Assembly: GCA_041601615.1 (NCBI GenBank)
Contig: JBFIHX010000005.1
Coordinates: 64,001-128,000 of the forward strand
Direction: 5' to 3'
Origin: Thermoplasmatota archaeon
Lineage (GTDB): Archaea; Thermoplasmatota; E2; JACPAO01; JAHFTW01
DNA length: 64,000 nucleotides
In this document: piece after piece, positions 56,479 to 64,000 of the stretch
How positions within the stretch are numbered: the first letter of the stretch is position 1
Layout: each line of letters begins with the position of its first letter
Program-made: the position numbers and the translations under genes
Notes under the pieces: generated by a model
Told to the model about the DNA's origin: nothing
What the model saw: the letters and a program-made list of their open reading frames with translations, nothing else
Database searches by the model: none

Positions 56479-57606
56479 ATGAATTTTGAGGAAAACACTC
56501 GCCGCATCGCACAAATACGGGCAGGGCTGACCAGGGGCCTCGTGGCGAACCTCTACTGGCCCAAGCGGTCGCAGTTTCGATCCGAGAGTGCCAAGCGACG
56601 CCGGTTCGAAAACAAAGTCGAATCCGCGCTCGCCGCCGCCAAGAAAGTGCTCGTGGTTAGCCACGGCGGTTGCATGGACGGCGCTGGCAGCGCCATTATG
56701 ATCTTGCGCAAGCACGGCGCGGACAACGTTGGCGTTGCCTACACGCAACCGGGCGATGTGCAGCGCGTCCTGGCCCTGGTGGCCAAGCATCCGGCCAACG
56801 GCCGAACCCTGCACATTACGGATCTTAGCCTCAATGCGCGCCACTTCGACGCCATCGTGGCCGCCTGCAGCCGCTTGAAGGAGGGTGGATGGCGCATCGA
56901 GTGGCGCGACCACCATGAGAAGCAGTGGGAAGGCATTGACCTTGCACGCCTCGAAGAAAGCCTCGATGTATTGGAGGTCAACCAGGACCACACGGAGTCC
57001 GGCGCAAGCCTCGTGCAGCAAGCCGTGTGCCCCCGCGATGCGTACGCCAGGCGCCTCGCGGAGACAATCCGCGACCGCGATTTGTGGTGGAACAAGACGT
57101 CTGACTCGGAGACCATGGAGTTTGCCATGAACGAACTGGGTACCGAGAAATTTGTCGCGCATCACTTGGCGCAGAAGGGCAAGCACCCGGTCGTGGACGA
57201 GGACATCCAGGCCGCCGCCGACCGACAACGCGCCAACGTGGAATCGGACGCCAAGACCCTTCTGAAACAGACGCGCTACTGGGAGACCAAGGCGGGCGAG
57301 AAAGTAGGCGTCGTGTACGGGTGGTTGCCCAAGAACGTCGGATTGCACCGCGTCCTAGAGACCGACAACGTGCAACTTGCGGTCAATGTGCGCCCCAATG
57401 GCTTCATGAGCCTGCGCAGCCGCAAGGACGCAGACGTTTGCCACCTCGTGGCGCGTGACTTCGACGGCGGCGGACACCCCAACGCCAGCGGCGCGACACT
57501 TGCACTCAAGGGCGCCCGATTCTGGAGCTACGTCTTGACTCGTGGCCGCATTCCCAAGGTCAAGAAGGTTGCCGAAGCCGCCGTGCGGGAATTGGAACAG
57601 CGATGA
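56479..57606 (+). CDS. DHH/DHHA1 family phosphoesterase
   Basis: SHGGCMDG, ITDL, RDHH, DRDLW, SLRS, GGGHPNASG. Confidence 0.9.
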   Translation: MNFEENTRRIAQIRAGLTRGLVANLYWPKRSQFRSESAKRRRFENKVESALAAAKKVLVVSHGGCMDGAGSAIMILRKHGADNVGVAYTQPGDVQRVLALVAKHPANGRTLHITDLSLNARHFDAIVAACSRLKEGGWRIEWRDHHEKQWEGIDLARLEESLDVLEVNQDHTESGASLVQQAVCPRDAYARRLAETIRDRDLWWNKTSDSETMEFAMNELGTEKFVAHHLAQKGKHPVVDEDIQAAADRQRANVESDAKTLLKQTRYWETKAGEKVGVVYGWLPKNVGLHRVLETDNVQLAVNVRPNGFMSLRSRKDADVCHLVARDFDGGGHPNASGATLALKGARFWSYVLTRGRIPKVKKVAEAAVRELEQR

Positions 57607-58571
57607 AGTCTGCCACTGCCGCCGGAGTCCTGGACAACGGGGCGGTGCGCGTGGACGACGTGGCAGAGGCAAACCGCCTGCACAACAAGGGTTGGCTTGG
57701 GACACCGCTTGCCGGCAATGCGCTCCGGCTGCACCTTGTGGAGGCGGCGTATGCAATTCGACAAGGGCGACTCCAAGTGGACGGCGCCGACTGGATGGAT
57801 TTGCTGGGCGACCGCGAATTGGAGGTCCAAGCGCTTGCATACACGGATCTTCGAGACCGAGGCCTCGTGGTGCGACCGGAGGAGGACCACTATCTTGTCT
57901 GGAAGCGCGGTGAGACGCCCAAGGACGCTCCGTGGTTCCGATTTTACCCGCGCAGCGAACGCAGCGTCGTAGGCATTGCTGACATCGCCGCGTGGTCGAA
58001 GGAAGGCGCCGTGGTGGGCGTTGTGGACGACGACGGCATCGTGACGCATTATCGCATGGAGAACACCGAGCCCAAGGGTACCGTGCAGATCCCGGCCGAC
58101 GCCGTCCCCGCTCGTCTCCTGGGAGATCGCTGGCTCGTAACAAACCCAACCGCCGCCGCTCGCCTCGCAAAAGCGGGCCTTGGCACTCCCTACGGCGACG
58201 CTCGCATGCTCAGCCTCCTCGATGGCGCCTTGCTTGGTGACGTTCTGCAAACGAGCCCCGGCGACCAAGAGGGGGCGTCCACGGCGCAGCCGGACCTACC
58301 AGTTCGCCTTCCCGTGGCCCGTGATCTGGCTTCGCGTGGTGTACTGGTGCGCAGTGGCTTCCGGTTCGGCGCCCACCTGCGCGGCTACAGCGCCGAGACT
58401 GAATCCGTGCACGCCGAGTGGCTGCTGCACTGTGCCGACTCGACAGACGCGCTGGGCTGGAGTGATGTGGCCCGCGCCGTACGCTTGGCCCATGGGGTGC
58501 GCAAAATGCACCTCGTTGCGGTGGCGGCCGAGCCCGTGCAGTATGTGCACATCTCCTGGTTCCGGCCTTAA
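57603..58571 (+). CDS. endA: tRNA-intron endonuclease (two-unit type)
   Basis: LHLVEAAY, YTDLRDRG; second unit RGVLVRSGFRFGAHLRGY..HAEW..RLAHGVRK with Tyr/His/Lys triad. Confidence 0.9.
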   Translation: MKSATAAGVLDNGAVRVDDVAEANRLHNKGWLGTPLAGNALRLHLVEAAYAIRQGRLQVDGADWMDLLGDRELEVQALAYTDLRDRGLVVRPEEDHYLVWKRGETPKDAPWFRFYPRSERSVVGIADIAAWSKEGAVVGVVDDDGIVTHYRMENTEPKGTVQIPADAVPARLLGDRWLVTNPTAAARLAKAGLGTPYGDARMLSLLDGALLGDVLQTSPGDQEGASTAQPDLPVRLPVARDLASRGVLVRSGFRFGAHLRGYSAETESVHAEWLLHCADSTDALGWSDVARAVRLAHGVRKMHLVAVAAEPVQYVHISWFRP

Positions 58572-58598
58572 TTGGCCCGATCGAGGATCAAATTTCGA

Positions 58599-59129
58599 CT
58601 AGGCAGCGACGGCGTCCGTCTCGCGGCCGGGGTAGCGGCCACGGTTCGGGCCCGTTTCCAATAGGTGCACCACTTCCGTGGCGGTGGTTTCGGGGTCGTG
58701 CGCGGTGATGACGCTCGCTTCCACCTTTCGGCAGGCTTCAATGTGCCCGACGGCGAGAGCGTGCGCCTCGCCAAAGCGGCCCGTGTTGGAGGGCACAACA
58801 TGAATCAATTGCTCCAGCAACTCGCGCTCGGCGCCGTATTTGCAGCCCAGGGCCCCGCGTTCCACGGTCTCGGCCCAGGCGGTCTTGTTGGCAAGCGGCT
58901 TGTCGCAGGCAGCGGCGTGCACTAGGGCTTCGCGCTCGGCCAGAACCGGCTCGATGCTGCCCAGGACGCGCAGGTCTCCCGCATGCCACTGAACGGTTCC
59001 TTCGCCCTCGAATTGGGACACCACTCCGGCGTCGTCGCCGAAGATTCGTACCATGTGCCCGTGGGCAAGCAGTTTGTGGACAATGGCACGGCCGACAGGG
59101 TTGCCAGCTCCGGTCACGACGACCCGCAT
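58599..59129 (-). CDS. NAD(P)-binding epimerase/SDR-like protein
   Basis: MRVVVTGAGNPVGRAIV..GH.V..GDL..LVHAA. Confidence 0.75.
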   Translation of the reverse strand: MRVVVTGAGNPVGRAIVHKLLAHGHMVRIFGDDAGVVSQFEGEGTVQWHAGDLRVLGSIEPVLAEREALVHAAACDKPLANKTAWAETVERGALGCKYGAERELLEQLIHVVPSNTGRFGEAHALAVGHIEACRKVEASVITAHDPETTATEVVHLLETGPNRGRYPGRETDAVAA

Positions 59130-59244
59130 AGCTTTGCCGAGGGGCCTTGACAAATAAGCAATTCCGACGAGAGACCTCCAATTTGCGCTTCATCAAGCCC
59201 GGCCACCGATGTCCTTAACTTCACCAACCCCGGGTTTCGCATTG

Positions 59245-60279
59245 ATGAAGCCCACTGCCCTCGTTGTGTTCCTGCTCGTGGTATCAGGCGCTGCTGCCGC
59301 GCAATCGGGTCCCGAACCCGGCTACGACAGCGCCCTCGAATACACCGCCGCGTACGCTGAAGAGCGCGCAGAAGCCGCAGCGCAGGACCCCGCAGGCGCC
59401 GCCTCCGAAGCCGCAACTCCGGAAGCAGCCGAAGAAGAAGTTGCGCACACGGTCTATGTTGCGTGCTGGGCACTGGACGACGCAGGACTCGAACCCGAAG
59501 CCTGCTCTGAATACTACACTCCTCGGGGCGCAGCGCCGCCTGAGCAGCCCCACGAAGCGCACAACGAGACCGAGGCCGCGGCCGAAGCCGCCGAACAGTT
59601 TGCCAATGAGACCGCCGCCGGCGCCGAGGATCTGGCTGGAAACGCCACGATGTTCCTGAACCAGACCCTGGAAGACCCCGCCAACGCCACTGACCACGCG
59701 CAAGGATTCTTGGATGCGGTCGTGGGCTTCGTCGAGGGCCTCCTAGGCGGCGCGGGCACCTTCGCCAAAACCCTCACCGATGGCCTCACCACTTGCATCG
59801 GAGCAATCGGGGACGGCGTCGGCATTGGAGTCAAAGGCATCGGCGATGGCGCCGGATTCCTCGCGAGCGCCCTTGGCGACGGCCTAACACTGAGCGTGGA
59901 CGGCATCGAACTAGCGGCCCAGGGAATCGGCGATGGCGCCACCAGTGCATTCACTGGCCTTGGCGACGGGATTCTGTTCATTGCCCACGGAGTCGGCAAC
60001 GCCGGCCAATCCGTCCTGGCAGGGGCCGAAACTATCGCCACCGCACTCGGCGACGGCCTGCAAGAAGCCGGCGCGGGGACCGCCAGCGCCGTGGAAACCG
60101 CCGCCCAAGCGACCGGAGACGCCGTATCAGACGCCGTTCAAGCCGTCGGCGACGCCGTGGGCCGCTTGTTTGGCAAGGAGCCAGCCGCCGATGGACTCGG
60201 TGCCACTCCAGAACTGGACCTCGATACTCCCGTAGATGCCGGGGACCTCTTGGACGACGTCACGGGACTCCTGGAATGA
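59245..60279 (+). CDS. Secreted acidic protein with 11-residue GDG repeats
   Basis: Signal peptide MKPTALVVFLLVVSGAAAAQ; repeated (A/G)(I/L)GDG. Confidence 0.8.
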   Translation: MKPTALVVFLLVVSGAAAAQSGPEPGYDSALEYTAAYAEERAEAAAQDPAGAASEAATPEAAEEEVAHTVYVACWALDDAGLEPEACSEYYTPRGAAPPEQPHEAHNETEAAAEAAEQFANETAAGAEDLAGNATMFLNQTLEDPANATDHAQGFLDAVVGFVEGLLGGAGTFAKTLTDGLTTCIGAIGDGVGIGVKGIGDGAGFLASALGDGLTLSVDGIELAAQGIGDGATSAFTGLGDGILFIAHGVGNAGQSVLAGAETIATALGDGLQEAGAGTASAVETAAQATGDAVSDAVQAVGDAVGRLFGKEPAADGLGATPELDLDTPVDAGDLLDDVTGLLE

Positions 60280-60335
60280 GAACATTTCAGTGAATTAACC
60301 ACACCCTTCTTATTCTCGGCTTCAGCTCTTCCCTT

Positions 60336-61409
60336 GTGTTGTCGTTCCGTGTTCTTCTGACCACGGCCCTTTTGGGTCTGCTGCTCTTGGCCCCGGGCAT
60401 CGTAGCCTACGGCCAAGACGGTCCGCTTCCCGAGCCTTCCTCCCAGTCCATTCCTGACACCTACGACCAAATGCGTGCGGACTTGGACTCCTTCCGTTCC
60501 GACTTGGACACCGAACTCAACAATCAAGGTGTTGACTCGGATACCTCGGATGAAAAACAGCAAGGCTACCGCTCCATTCGTGACCTACGCCGCGAAGTGG
60601 GCAGCATCCTGACCTCGGTCCATGCCACCATCGAAGATGCCTCCCAAAATGCACCCCCGGTCCCCGACTTGCCCGAAGGCCCCGAAGTTCCCGTCCTCCT
60701 AGAGCCCGAGTCAAGCGAACCTGCATCTGATTCCCCCGCACCCCAATCTGCGTCCTCCGCCGGTTGGGACATGCCCGCCGAACCGCTGATGGTTTTGGCC
60801 GCTTCCACCGTCGCCGCCGCTGGCCTGTTCTTCTGGCTTGCAGGCAGCAGCGGAACCCTCGGAGGCGCCGCGGCCGGCGCCGGCAGCACGGCAGCCGCCG
60901 AAGCGGCCAACCGCAAATTCCTGCCCTTTGCCAGCCCCCTCTTCACGCGCTTCGAGAAGGACACGGTCCTCGACCATCCCAAGCGCGAAGGCATCTACGG
61001 CATGATTGTTATGAAGCCCGGCGTCACCCTCCAGGATCTCTGCGAGGGAACCGGCCTCAGCCGCACCGCCGTCAGCCACCACCTGCGCCTCATGGAGCAA
61101 CAGCACCTCGTAGTCTCCAAGCGCGTGGGCCGCAGCCGCCACTTCTTCGAGAACGGCGGCCGCTACGGTCGCGACCAAAAGGACGCCTACGCGGTTCTGC
61201 ACAACGACCGCTCCAAGGAAGTGCACGGTTTCATCGAAACCAACCCAGGTGCCATCCAAAAAGACCTCTGCGAAGCACTCGGAATCCAAGCCAGTGTCGT
61301 CCACTGGCACGTTAAGCGACTCGTGGAAGCCAACCTCATCGAGGCAATTCGTCAAGGTCGCACGGTGTCGTACTTCCCGAACCAGTCCCTGCGGGGTGTT
61401 GCAGCCTAG
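60336..61409 (+). CDS. Membrane-anchored tandem winged-helix regulator
   Basis: Signal/TM, extracellular segment, TM, PLFTRF..LDHPKRE..PG..HHL and a second HTH PG..WHVKRL. Confidence 0.85.
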   Translation: MLSFRVLLTTALLGLLLLAPGIVAYGQDGPLPEPSSQSIPDTYDQMRADLDSFRSDLDTELNNQGVDSDTSDEKQQGYRSIRDLRREVGSILTSVHATIEDASQNAPPVPDLPEGPEVPVLLEPESSEPASDSPAPQSASSAGWDMPAEPLMVLAASTVAAAGLFFWLAGSSGTLGGAAAGAGSTAAAEAANRKFLPFASPLFTRFEKDTVLDHPKREGIYGMIVMKPGVTLQDLCEGTGLSRTAVSHHLRLMEQQHLVVSKRVGRSRHFFENGGRYGRDQKDAYAVLHNDRSKEVHGFIETNPGAIQKDLCEALGIQASVVHWHVKRLVEANLIEAIRQGRTVSYFPNQSLRGVAA

Positions 61410-61421
61410 AGAAGCACCCGT

Positions 61422-61470
61422 TCGGCCCTCTTCTTGCTTCCTCGCCCTCCCTCTTCCTTTCCTTCTTATT
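61422..61470 (+). terminator. Polypyrimidine tract between convergent genes
   Basis: ccctcttcttgcttcctcgccctccctcttcctttccttcttatt. Confidence 0.45.
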
Positions 61471-61472
61471 GG

Positions 61473-62714
61473 CTATTCTTCGGAGTCCGGGGGTGCGCTG
61501 CCTACGGTTCGGATGCCGCCTTCGTTGGCATCAAACTCCCAACTGGTGGCTTCATGGCCGGGCAAGGCACGTTCCACGCCTCGGTAGACTTTGCCCGCGG
61601 CGTCCTCCAAGCGGTGCTCCGTTTCGAGCAGGCTCTCCACGATGCGGGCCAAGCGCCCAGCCGCGAGCCGCCCGCTGGGGCTGAGGCGGCGGTCGTCACG
61701 AATGTGCTGCAAGACGCGCCACGAACTTCTCAGGCCGTAGAATCCGATACCGACCCACATGCCGGCAACTAGGTAGCCGATGCGTTGGTCGGCAAGCACC
61801 GCCACGCCCGCTTGCCCTTCGATTCGAAAGTGGATGAAGGCATGGTTCAAGAGTGCAAAACTAGCGGACAGCAGGATGCAGAGCCACGGGCCGGGGTTGT
61901 TGCTGCGGAGAAGAAAATGGGTGCGTTGCAACGTCGTGTAGCTGACGTAGATCCAGGTTCCAACGAGCAGGAAGTACGCAAACAAACTTGGCAGGAGGCC
62001 GGTTTGGTCACGAAGTGCGCCCACGAGGTCGTTCGTGCCGCCAAGGGCCAAAATGCCGACCGTAAACAAGTGCAATTCTCGAAGAACGGGGCCTTCGCGG
62101 ATCGAATTGAAGGCGCGAACCAGCCACCAGCCACCAAGCACGGTGCTTCCGATGAGGCTGGCGTACCACACCGAGGGAGCGGGCAGGGCGTCTACGGGCC
62201 ACACCAAGGGTTGGCCAATGGCGAGGGCGAAGACGAGGATGAGGGGGACAAATTGCCAGGCCCGATGCCGAAACTCCAGGAGCCGATGCGTGTCGAAAAC
62301 CATCTCTTCCAGCACGAAAACGAGGTTGAAGCCGGCGATGGCTATGACGCCGAAGCTGCTGAGAAGCGTGATGACGGCAAAATCATCCATGTCGAAGGCC
62401 AGCGGCGTCCAAGCGGTGGCGGCATACAGGAACACCACGATGGCAAAACTGACAACGAATGCCCGACGCGGCGGGCCAAGCCACAAAGCGCCCGCAGCGA
62501 CCAAGAAAAACAGGCTCAACAGGGGCCCGATGCGTGCCACGAGCGGCCACGTGGAGGGCCAGAGGATCGGCAGCACCGTGGTGAGCAAAAGCACGCCGAG
62601 GGTGACAAGCACCCAGCCACGAAGGGGACTGCGGTGGAAATCGTCGCCCTCCTCCCGGCGGGTACGCAGCAATGGCGCTCGCTGTCTCGATTCGGGTGGA
62701 CCCGACCCTTCCAC
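61473..62714 (-). CDS. Hypothetical multi-pass membrane protein
   Basis: About 10 hydrophobic segments in 413 aa. Confidence 0.8.
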   Translation of the reverse strand: MEGSGPPESRQRAPLLRTRREEGDDFHRSPLRGWVLVTLGVLLLTTVLPILWPSTWPLVARIGPLLSLFFLVAAGALWLGPPRRAFVVSFAIVVFLYAATAWTPLAFDMDDFAVITLLSSFGVIAIAGFNLVFVLEEMVFDTHRLLEFRHRAWQFVPLILVFALAIGQPLVWPVDALPAPSVWYASLIGSTVLGGWWLVRAFNSIREGPVLRELHLFTVGILALGGTNDLVGALRDQTGLLPSLFAYFLLVGTWIYVSYTTLQRTHFLLRSNNPGPWLCILLSASFALLNHAFIHFRIEGQAGVAVLADQRIGYLVAGMWVGIGFYGLRSSWRVLQHIRDDRRLSPSGRLAAGRLARIVESLLETEHRLEDAAGKVYRGVERALPGHEATSWEFDANEGGIRTVGSAPPDSEE

Positions 62715-62873
62715 GAAGCGCCGATGACGCCGGCGGTTCTTGACTGGAGTGGGTGGTGCGTTAGGGAATATTCAGGGCTCGGTGATGGCCCATTCAAGTC
62801 TACGAGTCCTGCCTCGGCGCCGCGAGTTGTTTTGTAAAACTAGAGAGAAAGGGGGACGAAGAACATAGCCAAT

Positions 62874-63575
62874 TTACCATATGTTCGGAGGCGGAGATCC
62901 CTTTCCGTGTTCATCGTACCATGGGCACCACGACTGTTCAGGGCGTTCCACCGGTCGGCAAATGTAGCGGCAGCTGGGGTACCCCCCTCCAACGAAATGG
63001 TCTCCTTCATCATAGAACCATAGCTCGCATTGGTGTGCCTCCCATGGAAGTGGCCCTGATTCGTAGATCTTATGGTACGTAAGCACAAACACAATAGAGG
63101 TTCCACCGTGGTAGGGGTGGCTCGTCAGATTTGGGTCTCCGCCCAGGAGGTCACCGATTTTGAAGCTGGTCTCGTGCACGACTCTTGCGTTTTTCTCTCC
63201 ATGAAGAGTGTATGAACGAAGCCAATCTGCATCTGGGGCGACTTGGACTGTGCCGTTTCGAAGGCTTAGTCTGAAAATCCAGTTCTCGCCTTGGTAGGCG
63301 GGCCCTGGGTTTTTATCATCCCACCTGCCGATAACTTCTATCGAAAAATTCAGCACAGCCCCTTCCAAGGGTAGATTGGCGCTCGAATTTATGGGGCCAG
63401 TGAACCATCCAAGCGGAGGGGTTTCCCCGTTGCCTGCTGGGAGTGGTCCGACGACGGCTTCGGGGGCATGGAGCGTAAGTTCACTGCTCTGGGGTTCTCC
63501 GATGCTGGGGTCCGGCGTGCTACAACCGGCCACGAAGAGGGATGTAACTGCGAATGCAAGCAGTGAACGGTGCAT
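62874..63575 (-). CDS. Hypothetical lipoprotein (lower GC)
   Basis: MHRSLLAFAVTSLFVAGC lipobox. Confidence 0.7.
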   Translation of the reverse strand: MHRSLLAFAVTSLFVAGCSTPDPSIGEPQSSELTLHAPEAVVGPLPAGNGETPPLGWFTGPINSSANLPLEGAVLNFSIEVIGRWDDKNPGPAYQGENWIFRLSLRNGTVQVAPDADWLRSYTLHGEKNARVVHETSFKIGDLLGGDPNLTSHPYHGGTSIVFVLTYHKIYESGPLPWEAHQCELWFYDEGDHFVGGGYPSCRYICRPVERPEQSWCPWYDEHGKGSPPPNIW

Positions 63576-63577
63576 GA

Positions 63578-64000
63578 CTACCAACCTGTTGTGGATATGG
63601 TGTTATGCTGGGCCACAGTTCGTAAATCGGCTGCCATACTTGAACCCCATTTAGTTTTCCAATCATCATGGAAATCATGAAGGGTAAGTTGAGTTGTCCG
63701 GATGGTTGCAGGATAGGTTGGGAGCATCGCGCGGATGATATGTGTGCTCGTTTCGTAATCGATGGCTTCTCCATCATTATGACCATCAACAAGATCCCAA
63801 AGAGTGGCAGTCACGAGTCCAATCACTGTGGCATCCCCCGTGTGCCAGGTGGCATAACCTGATCCGACGTAGTAGACTTGCCGCGATTCAATATCCCACC
63901 AACTACCGCCTGCCCAGTAGTATCTCGTTGAAGCGGCTGAGGTTGAGCTGCCTGGTTGGTATCTGGGGGTGCCGTACAATCCATGCACGGCCCAGAAATT
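63578..64000 (-). CDS. C-terminal part of a hypothetical, probably secreted, protein
   Basis: Frame is open to the window end; VTATLWDLVD motif; lower GC. Confidence 0.55.
   Translation of the reverse strand, partial: NFWAVHGLYGTPRYQPGSSTSAASTRYYWAGGSWWDIESRQVYYVGSGYATWHTGDATVIGLVTATLWDLVDGHNDGEAIDYETSTHIIRAMLPTYPATIRTTQLTLHDFHDDWKTKWGSSMAADLRTVAQHNTISTTGW

Noticed and set aside
45777-58571. Novel RNA-repair operon (archease, rtcB, endA)
   Set aside because: These are standard archaeal tRNA-splicing genes; endA is about 9 kb away and separated by unrelated genes on both strands.

Overview
High-GC archaeal core-genome segment, probably Thermoplasmatota (inferred from the gene set and protein style). 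It encodes aEF-2, aIF2-alpha, Nop10, a PAC2-family protein, AspRS, an A1-type heme-copper oxidase, a divergent PolB, Cdc6/Orc1, BolA and a CGFS glutaredoxin, archease, RtcB, EndA, CysRS and tRNA-Leu(CAA). It also holds two giant secreted proteins and a few small lower-GC insertions (HEPN-like gene, PemK toxin-antitoxin pair, Fic). One giant protein (at least 2606 aa, 1-7818, minus strand) and Nop10 are missing from the ORF track. The main unexplained structure is a recurring architecture at conserved genes (fusA, aspS, polB, grxD, rtcB, tRNA-Leu, possibly bolA). The gene's last 7-27 codons plus stop reappear about 50-85 nt downstream, separated by short GC-rich hairpins that often contain GCGAAGC or GNRA-type loops. 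At aspS and rtcB the copy is synonymously recoded (16 and 15 silent codon changes, one amino-acid change each). At polB, grxD and the tRNA the unit is tandemly iterated, including two tRNA-shaped units whose anticodon arm is replaced by hairpins. This looks like a family of miniature gene-end-replacing elements, but no mobilising enzyme is visible in the window.
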